DNA of 64,000 nucleotides from a virus: IMG/VR virus record IMGVR_UViG_3300023094_000009, positions 1 to 64,000 of that record; one strand, 5' to 3'. Shown piece by piece: positions 53,959 to 63,473 of this stretch (position 1 is its first letter; each line of letters starts with the position of its first letter). The notes under the pieces were generated by a model. It saw only the letters and a program-made list of their open reading frames with translations, ran no database searches and was not told where the DNA came from. The position numbers and the translations under genes were made by a program.

Positions 53959-55907
53959 ATAATGTGTATGTGGCTGATATTGAGACTACTGGCTTTATAG
54001 AGGAAATTAATTCCTTTGATGATCTGCATGTACTTTCTGTGGGCTATAAGAATAAAGCAGGTGAATGGCAAATTAAATCTACCAATAAACGAGAAGAAGT
54101 TCAGAAGTTTTTTGGAAATCCCGAGAATGTTGTGGTGATGCACAATGGCGCGGTCTATGACGCGAGAGTCCTTAAAAAGATGGGTATTATTATTAATGCA
54201 ACTATTATAGACAGTCTTTTTATCTCTTGGGCTTTATTTCCCGGTTTATTGAAGTATGGTTTAGAATTTTTCGGACAAACTTACGGGGTTCAAAAGGTCT
54301 CAATTTCTGATTGGACTTCTCTTACTTATGCACAGTATGTTGAAAGATGTGAGGAGGACGTAAAAATTAATATATTTTTGTGGGAAGATTTACTCAAGAA
54401 ATACAGGACTTTATATGAAGATGAACCTGAAAAAATAATTTCTAACATCAAATTCCTAACAGAAATTTCTATAATTGCTGCCAATCAAGAAGATTATGGT
54501 ATTAAATTAGACATAGCTAAATGTAGAATCCATTTAAAGATACTAGAAGATCTCGCAGAAGGTAAAATAAAAGAGTTGAAAGAGATTATGCCAAAGATAC
54601 CTATTAAGGTTCTTAAACGTAAGCCTACGACCTTATATAAGAAAAACGGGGATTTATCCTTAGCAGGGGAGAATTGGGTGATGATGTTGAAGCAACTTGA
54701 TCTTCCTATGGACTATGATGATGAAATAGAGGTAATTAGGGGATTTAGCGAGCCCAACCCTGTCTCAATTTCACAGGTCAAAAATTATCTACACACGCTC
54801 GGATGGTGTCCTGAAATATACGTAGAGTCTATCAACACTAAAGGTGAAATTAATAAAGTAGAACAAATCAAGGATAAAGAGAAAAATCTTTGTAAAAGTG
54901 TCCTAAAACTGGTAGAAAAAGAGCCTAAACTTATAGCTTTAAATGATCTATCGGTAATACTACATAGAAAATCCTATTTAGAGAGTTTCCTGAAGAATGT
55001 TAGAGAGGATGGTTATATAACTGCCCGAGTTGGTGGCTTAACAAATACGATTCGCTTAAAACACAGAAACTTAGTAAATTTACCCTCTGTCTCTGCCCCT
55101 TATGGTGAGTATGTTAGAAGTGTACTATCTTGTGAAGATGATGAAGTTTTTGTAGGATCGGATCTGTCCTCTCTTGAGAATTACACAAGAACCCACTTTA
55201 TTGCACCATTTCAGCCAGAAGCTATTGATATCCTTTCTGATAAAGAGTACGATAGCCACACCCAATTGGCAATTTTTGCAGGTATGATGACAGAAAACGA
55301 GGAGAAGTTTTTTAAGTGGTTCAAAGCAGATGGTAAGGATTTAACTAAGCTACCAGAAGAATTCCAAACATTATCTTCTGAGGATATTAAAAGTAAGTAT
55401 GAGGCATTGGGAACAATAAGACAGAAAGCCAAAACTACCTCATATTCAGCACTTTATGGAATCGGCAAGGCTAAATTAGCTAGAGAGTTAAAAATTAGTG
55501 AGAAAGAAGCTCAACAACTTTTGGAGGGCTACTGGCGATTGAATCAAGCTGTGAAAACCTTTGTAGAGACTTGTGAAGTTAAAACTATTGAAGGTCAAAT
55601 GTGGGTTAGGAATCCTCTAAATAGATTCTGGTACTCATTACGCAAAGAGTCAGATATCTTTTCTACGGTGAATCAAGGGTGCGGAAGTTACCTCCACATT
55701 TTGTGGTGTAGCAACCTAAGAAAACTAGGTATTAAAATCAGAGGTAATTTTCATGATGAGATTGTAACTACTTGTAAATCTGAACATTATGAAGAAACTA
55801 AAGCGTTATTGTTAAAAGCAATAGATTTAACAAACAAACAAAGCAGAATTAGAGTACCACTAAAGATAGATATTCAGAAAGGTGGGAATTATGGAGAGGT
55901 TCATTAA
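53949..55907 (+). CDS. polA: family A DNA polymerase with 3'-5' exonuclease
   Basis: ADIETTG, HNG..YD, DLSSLE, RQKAKTTSYSALYG, NQG, FHDE. Confidence 0.95.
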   Translation: MDLNNVYVADIETTGFIEEINSFDDLHVLSVGYKNKAGEWQIKSTNKREEVQKFFGNPENVVVMHNGAVYDARVLKKMGIIINATIIDSLFISWALFPGLLKYGLEFFGQTYGVQKVSISDWTSLTYAQYVERCEEDVKINIFLWEDLLKKYRTLYEDEPEKIISNIKFLTEISIIAANQEDYGIKLDIAKCRIHLKILEDLAEGKIKELKEIMPKIPIKVLKRKPTTLYKKNGDLSLAGENWVMMLKQLDLPMDYDDEIEVIRGFSEPNPVSISQVKNYLHTLGWCPEIYVESINTKGEINKVEQIKDKEKNLCKSVLKLVEKEPKLIALNDLSVILHRKSYLESFLKNVREDGYITARVGGLTNTIRLKHRNLVNLPSVSAPYGEYVRSVLSCEDDEVFVGSDLSSLENYTRTHFIAPFQPEAIDILSDKEYDSHTQLAIFAGMMTENEEKFFKWFKADGKDLTKLPEEFQTLSSEDIKSKYEALGTIRQKAKTTSYSALYGIGKAKLARELKISEKEAQQLLEGYWRLNQAVKTFVETCEVKTIEGQMWVRNPLNRFWYSLRKESDIFSTVNQGCGSYLHILWCSNLRKLGIKIRGNFHDEIVTTCKSEHYEETKALLLKAIDLTNKQSRIRVPLKIDIQKGGNYGEVH

Positions 55908-55953
55908 TATGTACAAAAAAATACATAAATTTTCGTAAGCAAAATTTTGGAGT

Positions 55954-56070
55954 TACCTTTATAGGGTTATTAGTCTCAAACTATAAGGATAACATCTAAA
56001 ATATTGAATTGTCCCTTGAAAGGAGAATGTTGCTTGAGACTCAACATTTAATTTTTAAGGGACTTTTTAT
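55954..56070 (+). promoter_or_regulatory. promoter + structured leader of the endonuclease gene
   Basis: TACCTTTA(55954); two hairpins with complementary loops (AGTCTCAA / TTGAGACT). Confidence 0.6.
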
Positions 56071-56081
56071 TTTATTTAATT

Positions 56082-57281
56082 GTGAATAAAAAAGTAACCA
56101 CAGAAGATTTTATAGCTAAGGCTAAACTTGTACATAAAGATAAATATGATTACTCAAAAGCTATTTACACTAGAGGTCGGGACTTTATAATAATAATTTG
56201 CCCTATTCATCATACCTTTCAACAACGTGCAAATTGCCACACAAGTGGTAAGGGGTGTAAAGAATGTGCAGTAATTAATAGAGCAAAGAAGAAAACTTAT
56301 TCGAAGGAGAAGTTTGTAGAAAAAGCTAATAAAGTATTTGGTAATAAATACAGTTATGAGAATACAGTTTATAAGGATTCTAAATCTCTAGTTACAATAA
56401 ATTGCCCAATTCATGGAGAATTCAACAAGAACGCCGCTCATCACTTAAACGGTCAAGGTTGTCTCACTTGCTCCAACTTAAATCATAAGGGAACTTTTAA
56501 AGCTAAGGATACAGAATACTTCAAATCTAAAGCCTATCAAATACATGGCGATAAGTATGATTACTCTCTATCTGAATACAAAGCTGCTATCCAACCTATA
56601 AAGATAATATGTAAGATTCATGGGGAATTTATGCAAACTCCTCATACCCATTTAAACGGTTCTGGTTGTAATGAATGTGGAATCTTAGCAACCACTCATA
56701 AAAGAAGGTCAACTTTGGATTATTTTATACTAAAAGCTAATGAAGTACATACTAATAAGTATGTCTATGACAATGTTATTTACAAGAATACAAACACCAA
56801 AATTGAAATCACATGTCCTTCACATGGAAATTTTAAACAAACAGGAGGATCACATTTATCTGGAAATGGTTGTCCAATTTGTGCCCGAGAGGCTACAACC
56901 AGATACAGCCAAGAAAATCCACTAGGTTGGTCATACTCAAAATGGCTTGAAACTTCAAAAACTTCTTCTGATTTTGATTCGTTCAAATTGTATATAATAA
57001 GGTGTTGGGATGAAAATGAAGAATTCTATAAGATAGGTAGAACTTTCAAAAAAATTAAAAAGAGGTTTGATGATAAGAGAACTATGCCTTACAATTATGA
57101 AATCTCTTATGAATTCTGTGCAGATGGTTCTTATATTTGTGATTTAGAAGTAAAACTAAAGAAAACTTACAAAAAGGTTAAGTATGTACCTTCTATACAA
57201 TTCTCAGGATCTACTGAATGTTTCACCACTGATCTACCGATTGCAGAAATTATTGCAAAGTACTTTGAAGTTCAAAGTTGA
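56082..57281 (+). CDS. putative homing endonuclease (four Zn-finger repeats + GIY-YIG-like C-terminus)
   Basis: Four repeats of KYDYS...I.CPxHG.F.Q...H..G.GCxxC; LYIIRC...FYKIGRT...GSTECF. Confidence 0.8.
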   Translation: MNKKVTTEDFIAKAKLVHKDKYDYSKAIYTRGRDFIIIICPIHHTFQQRANCHTSGKGCKECAVINRAKKKTYSKEKFVEKANKVFGNKYSYENTVYKDSKSLVTINCPIHGEFNKNAAHHLNGQGCLTCSNLNHKGTFKAKDTEYFKSKAYQIHGDKYDYSLSEYKAAIQPIKIICKIHGEFMQTPHTHLNGSGCNECGILATTHKRRSTLDYFILKANEVHTNKYVYDNVIYKNTNTKIEITCPSHGNFKQTGGSHLSGNGCPICAREATTRYSQENPLGWSYSKWLETSKTSSDFDSFKLYIIRCWDENEEFYKIGRTFKKIKKRFDDKRTMPYNYEISYEFCADGSYICDLEVKLKKTYKKVKYVPSIQFSGSTECFTTDLPIAEIIAKYFEVQS

Positions 57282-57319
57282 AAGGTTTGTTTCAGTTCTT
57301 TTTCCGGCGAATCCTACCT

Positions 57320-57366
57320 TTAACATCTCATTAACATTCCACATCCAAAATAAATGCCTACCTTTG
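57320..57366 (+). promoter_or_regulatory. promoter with tandem box
   Basis: TTAACA(57320)-N5-TTAACA(57331)-N22-TACCTTTG(57359). Confidence 0.8.
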
Positions 57367-57416
57367 TGGAGAAGATTGGTTTCAGTCTTTTTATTGCCGA
57401 AATTAAAATGTAAACT

Positions 57417-59721
57417 ATGAAAACAAAACTGATTAAGACTGAAGGTTATCTTTGGCTTGTAGATTTAGAGGCTGAGATTAAAGAGAATGATTATTTTTAT
57501 AGTCCTGCCCTCCAAGAAGTATTATTTGCTTCGAGAGATATGTTGTCATGGAATTTTGATAAATCTCAAGAACAAAAAGGTTGGTTAAAATGTTTAGCGT
57601 ATTTTCCCCTGCAAAGTGATTCTAAGGTTTTGGATTTACCCCTTTTGCCGAATCCTTGGAGAGAACGTATTGATCCTGATGATATTGTAGAAGAATTGGA
57701 TAATAAACTTGTCAGGTACTCCACTGAGGAATCGGACTTATGGAATGCTTGGCAGATAGGAGTAAAAGATGGGTATAAAACTGCACAATTGAAAGGTAGT
57801 TATAGTTTAGAAGATATGGAGAGAGCAATTGACATGTCCAGAAAAGCTAATAGTGACCAAGGTGTTATAGATTTAGATGCTATTTACCCCTACTCTGATG
57901 ATTTCACTAATATCAATACTGTTTATACGAGGTATGAAATTATTAAGTCCCTATCTTCTCCTATTCTTCCTAAAGACTTCATTCTATCCAACTCAGGTAA
58001 TTCTATTGTCGTAGGACATAATGGCTTGAATAATGAATTTGGAACTCTTATATACTCCGTCACTTTTAATGAGAATGGTAAGAGTGTTATTGAAGGGGAG
58101 TATGTCTATTAAGTTGTTTTTCAGTTTTATTCGCGCGAAAATTTAAATTAAATAAAAATTATGATTACAGTAGTAGCAAATGCAGAACAATTAAGAAAAG
58201 CATTAAAACAAATTGAAAGAGCCGAATCAAACGGATTTAACTATTGCTTAGCAGTATTCGACTTAGTGGAATGTGGCAGTAGTGTATCTGATTGCAAAAT
58301 TGAGTTTGATGGTATACTTGAAAAAGCACATCCAACAGATGGAAACCTTAATTGGGGTAGAGGACAAAGAGTAACAGAACGAAACAGATTTGTAGATGGT
58401 AAATTGATACCAATAGAAGAGTAAATTATGGCATATATAGAAGTAGATTTATCTCTAATTGACGATTACGACTTAGAGGGAGAAATTGTAAAAAGATTAA
58501 GTAGGGGAGATAATGGCAATATTCAAGAAGTCACCCTAACTGATGATCTGAATTTTATGTCAGAAATTGTAGCTACGGATATTGACCAGCTTAGTGAACA
58601 TCATAAAAGAAATCTACTTTATGCCTTAACTGGCGGTGAAATGGAAACCAATATGTATGACAATCTAAAAAGAGAGCATATAGAAAGTGTTTTTGATAAG
58701 TATTCTTTGGATGAATTGTATAGACTAATACCTTGAAATTTTATTTTCTTTTTCAGTTCTTTTTCCGGAATTGTGCTATATTTACGAAAAAATTTAAGTT
58801 ATGAAAAATAAAATCTACATTGTAGTCGCTTACAGGTGGGGAGAAAGAAGTAATCACTCTTACACTGTTGGAGCATTTGAAACAAAAGAGGAAGCCATTG
58901 TTTGTGCAGATGGTCATAGAGACTATCGAGGTGGTAAGTATAGCTGTGAAGTCGAGGAAATTATTATTGGCGGATACGATGAAGACATGGATAATTATGC
59001 AGAAAGTGTTTATCACGCTAATGGAATGTGCGAGATATGAACGACTCCCTCATTTCCCTTAGCTACGCTTTAGCATCCACTAAGATGATAACCTACCCCG
59101 ACAAAGTGGCAATACTCGATATTCCATTTCCAGAGTTATTAGAAGAACTTAAAAATTACAATCCTATGAACAGAAAGAACGAAATAAAGAGAGCTCTTTA
59201 CAGAGAAAAGCCTATGGCAAAATATTACCCAATCTGGAAATCGCTGGGAAAGGACTATGATTATGTAGATTATAGGAGTGAATTAGCCGATGGAACTCAA
59301 GTTCATTTCAGAGTTCCTAAAGAGGAACACAGTGATTTATTTACGGGTACTATGCCAGCCCTTCTTCTTATCAAGTGGATGGTTGATTTTTTCAAAATAA
59401 CGGTGAGATGATATGGAATGGATATTAATAATTTGCGTCATTGTCTCTGGTATTGGGGTAATGATGAACAGTGATTTTAATTATGATGAAGAGGATAGGA
59501 ATTAGTAGTTGAAATAACGAGGTATGAAAAAAGAACAGATGCTCAAAGAAGCTTATGGCGAATTTTGGGAAAAATTGGAGGAAGGTGTCAATGGATATGG
59601 ATGGTGTATTTTAAAGGATTCCCATCCCATTTTCAATACTGTACCTATGCAGAGAATGAATAAGTACTACGCTAGACCTGCCTCCCTGAAAGGTATTGAA
59701 CTTATAAAGTTTATTTACTAA
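57417..59721 (+). other. block of hypothetical ORFs
   Basis: 57417-58112, 58161-58424, 58428-58736, 58801-59040, 59028-59411, 59524-59721. Confidence 0.7.
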
Positions 59722-59823
59722 TCCTACGGAAGCTCATTTGCTTATTCGGTGGATGGTTGATTAATTTTTTTATTTTCAGTTTTTATTCCGGCGAAATTTA
59801 AAAATTACATTATCTTTGTACCT

Positions 59824-60219
59824 ATGACAAGAATAAACGCATCCATTCCACCTGCAAAGCTCAGTAATAAACATCTGTTGAGTGAAGCTCGTGAGATTAA
59901 AAGAATTCCGAATTGCATTAAATCAGGAAGATACGACATGAAAGGTCAGCCTAATAAGTTCACTTTAGGTACTGGTCACGTCAAGTTCTTCTATGACAAA
60001 CTCCTTTACTTATACAATAGGTATCAAGCTATTCACACCGAGTGTTTAAAGAGAGAGTTTAATGTAACTGATTATTCTGATGCTTGGGATGGTTTATCTT
60101 CTTTTCCGCACCTCTGGAATGATTGGGAAGAGACTCTAGAAGCTAAGATTTTGATTAGTGAACGCATTAATTTGAGGCTTGGATTGTCAGGTGATGTAAA
60201 CGATTGGAGAGAATGTTAA
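59824..60219 (+). CDS. denV: pyrimidine-dimer DNA glycosylase (T4 endonuclease V family)
   Basis: MTRIN, HLLSEAREIKRIP, FTLGTGHVKFFYDKLLYL. Confidence 0.93.
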   Translation: MTRINASIPPAKLSNKHLLSEAREIKRIPNCIKSGRYDMKGQPNKFTLGTGHVKFFYDKLLYLYNRYQAIHTECLKREFNVTDYSDAWDGLSSFPHLWNDWEETLEAKILISERINLRLGLSGDVNDWREC

Positions 60220-60675
60220 GAGAAAAGATTATTCATGCTTGGGGTTCAACAAGAATATCAAATCCAAAAACTTTGCAAAATTGGATTGATCGAGGTTGGT
60301 TTCAAAAACAGCTTGATGAAGGTTATAACTTCTATTCTGGCTGTGGTAGATTTCGTACAGAAGTTTGTTCTTGTAGCAAATGTAGAAAGAATCCTCGTCC
60401 AGATTTAGATGAAATTGTAAATAAAAGAATATGAGCGAAATACTAGATAATGAGGTTTTTAATCTTAAAACAAAAGAAGAGTTTAAAGAATTGGAGAAGA
60501 CAAGGTTTTCCAATAATTTTTCTAAGTCAACTCTAAATTTTATGTATGGTAATTTTAAGGAAGATACTTATTTTTACTTTTACGAGCCAGAAACCTACTA
60601 CATAATTAGTGGTGATAAAGCTGACAAATATGGATTTGAGAAGAGAACTTTTGAAGACTTTAAAAAGAAATATTT

Positions 60676-61404
60676 ATGAACAAGAAGAAAACAACAGAAG
60701 AGTTCATCAAAGATGCTTGTAAAGTACATGGCGACAAATACCTGTATGATAAAGTCATGTACGAAGGTTGGGATAAAAAAGTAACCATAGTGTGTAAGTC
60801 CCATTCAGAATTTGTGCAATCTCCAAATAGCCACCTGAATGGCGGTGGTTGTCCTGTTTGTGCTCAAATATCAAGATCCGAAGCGTATAAAAATACTATT
60901 GGAAGAAAAAAGGATAACTTTACGTATGACTTCACATCAGATACCTCTAAGGTTATACCCCTCACAGAGAAATTTTTTGCTATTGTTGACAATGAAGATT
61001 TTGATAGAGTATCAGAGCACAATTGGCATCTAAGTATTAACTACGCTTCTAATCCCAAATTAGGACTTCTTCATAGATACATACTAAATGTAAATGATCG
61101 TAAAGTCTATGTAGATCACAAGAATCACAATGGTTTTGACAACAGAAAATCAAACTTAAGGCTTTGCAGTCAGAAAGAAAACGCGTCAAATCAGTTAATA
61201 CAGAACAGAGAAAAATCAAGTATCTACAAGGGAGTGACTTGGGATAAAAGTAGGAATAAATGGGCAGGAAGGATAAAACATCATGGAAAAGGAATATTTC
61301 TAGGTCGTTTTTTAAATGAGATAGACGCAGCTTTAGCTTATGATGTGAAAGCTAAAGAGTTGTTTGGTGAATTTGCATGGTTAAATATAAAAGATTCAGA
61401 ATGA
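60676..61404 (+). CDS. HNH-AP2 homing endonuclease with N-terminal Zn-finger repeat
   Basis: VDHKNHNGFDNRKSNLR; SIYKGV.W......W...I......LG.F..E..AA.AYD. Confidence 0.9.
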   Translation: MNKKKTTEEFIKDACKVHGDKYLYDKVMYEGWDKKVTIVCKSHSEFVQSPNSHLNGGGCPVCAQISRSEAYKNTIGRKKDNFTYDFTSDTSKVIPLTEKFFAIVDNEDFDRVSEHNWHLSINYASNPKLGLLHRYILNVNDRKVYVDHKNHNGFDNRKSNLRLCSQKENASNQLIQNREKSSIYKGVTWDKSRNKWAGRIKHHGKGIFLGRFLNEIDAALAYDVKAKELFGEFAWLNIKDSE

Positions 61405-63468
61405 AAGTACCAATATACTTAAAAACATTATTTTCACCCTTCAAGCCCTTAAAGCTCAAATTCTACTTCGGTAAGGTTGCTTTGGGATGTCCTTATTTTC
61501 TACCAAGACGCTTCGTGAAGTCTAAAGACAAACCCGGCTACAAAGTCCCCATTGCCAAGAAAGTAGGGTTTGATTTTGTTAAGCTTGGCTGGAAAACTAA
61601 GTGGAGTGGTAGGGATTATAGGTTCGAATGGTCTCCTAAGTGGTCATTTGTTTTCTTTGGATTTCAGTTTTGTATTTCTTTTATTGCGCCGGAACAGGAT
61701 CACTATTGGGAATGCTGGCTTTATTATGACAATAATACTGACAAAAGTAAATCTAAAAGGGAAAGAATTAAACAATGCAGAGAAGAGCATCCTTGTAGTT
61801 GGACAAGCTATTCAAAAGCTGGAGAGAAAGAAGAAATTGATTATTACGAATTTATCTTAAAGAATAAATATCTAAAATAACAAGTCATTAACATTCCGAA
61901 CAGAATAATACTATTACCTTTACAGAAAAGTTAGAAAGCATGGAACACAAAGTAATGATTCACGGTTCACATCACTACACAATTAAAGTTAAAGGAAATA
62001 AGAAAACCTTATACTTTTCTTGCGAGGATTTTTGGGCAGAGGCGTCACAAGGCAAGAAGATAGCTTCAATAAAGAATACGGGGAATGGTATCAAGATAAA
62101 AAGATTCAATAAATTCTTGGGATATGGTGATGCTCTGGAATTGAACATCCTTCTTACTTGTGAATTAGGAACTAAATTTGAAATACTATGACAATCCAAG
62201 AATTTTGTGAAGAAAAAAGAGGAACTTACGATAAGTTCTACACCATGTATGAAGTGTGCAAGAGTTTAAGTTTTGTAGATTTGAATGTTGACCCCATCCA
62301 AGCTATCAGAGAGGTTTGTAAACTTTTTATGGAGCATCCTTTATATGGAGAAGGTGTTATTGATGTTTCAGTTTCTTATGGCGATCCCTTTGAAGGAGAT
62401 TGCAGGTTGGATGAGGAGTCATTGAATTTCTTTGTTTATGATTTAGAAGAGTTTGTTGATCCTCTTTCTGGCGAAATTGTGAAACCAAGCATGAATAAAC
62501 TGGATGTTAGATTCATCATCAAAAAGTTTGCGGAAGACTCAGAAGAAAATATTTTAGCACAGGAATTAGACAAATGTAGAAGTCTTTCTTACTTTTACAA
62601 TAACTATGTCAAACTTGATGTTCAAGCAGACGTTTCAGATGAAGATATTCAGAATCTAATCAAAAATACACTTAAATTAAGAGGAAGATTATGACTAAAT
62701 TAGAGTTCTACAGGAAAACATATAGAGCCTATTGGTTATCTCAATTTTTACCTTCAAAGTGGTTAAATCCTCACAGAGGATTTTGTCATTTTTGGCGAAG
62801 CAGGAGTATGGGAGAATCTTTTAAAGTGACAGACCTATACTTATTAGCTGTAGCTCATCCTGAATTTTCAAATATGGGGTATTGGTTTGAGCGTGGGAAA
62901 ATAAAACCAAGATTACAAGTTTTAAAAACAGCAATTAAAAATTTAGAAAAATGACAGAAGAAGAAAAATTAAATGAAAGACTAGAATGGTTAGAGGGTAA
63001 CTATGATATGTCTGAAGACGAGAGAAGATCTGTATTACGTGCAATGGTTGAATTTGCTAATTTTCATGTAGGAGAAGCTTTGCAGGAGGCTAGTGAAAAA
63101 GCCACCATGAAACTTGAATATCCTGATGAGGCATATCAGGAGTCAAATGAAACTGGATTGAAGTTTGCCTGTGCTGATGATATTAGTAGAGGAGGAGAGT
63201 ATGGATCTGTAGAAATAGAAGAAGATTCAATTTTAAACGCTTATCCACTATCTAAGATCAAATAATTATGAAAATTAAAGAAACTGAATACTACAACCTC
63301 ATAGAGGGAGAAGACGAAAATGGTGAATGGGCTATCCAGTTGAATAAAGCCAAAAGGGTTTGTCAATTAACATTGGAATCTGATGGTAATGATACTTATG
63401 TGAACCTTGACAAGAAAGAACTTCTCTTAGTTAGAGATTTGATTGATATACAACTTTTAAATATGTAA
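61377..63468 (+). other. block of hypothetical ORFs
   Basis: 61377-61880, 61940-62191, 62188-62694, 62691-62954, 62951-63265, 63268-63468. Confidence 0.7.
61877..61922 (+). promoter_or_regulatory. promoter with tandem box
   Basis: ATAACA(61877)-N5-TTAACA(61888)-N21-TACCTTTA(61915). Confidence 0.7.
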
Positions 63469-63473
63469 TTTTT

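Noticed and set aside
36139-55907. Introns or inteins in RNR, helicase or polymerase
   Set aside because: These ORFs are continuous and of compact length; the neighbouring endonucleases are free-standing.
1815-62199. Minus-strand ORFs in the track
   Set aside because: Nearly all are antisense shadows of well-supported + strand genes or of the RNA locus, and none has a recognisable motif.
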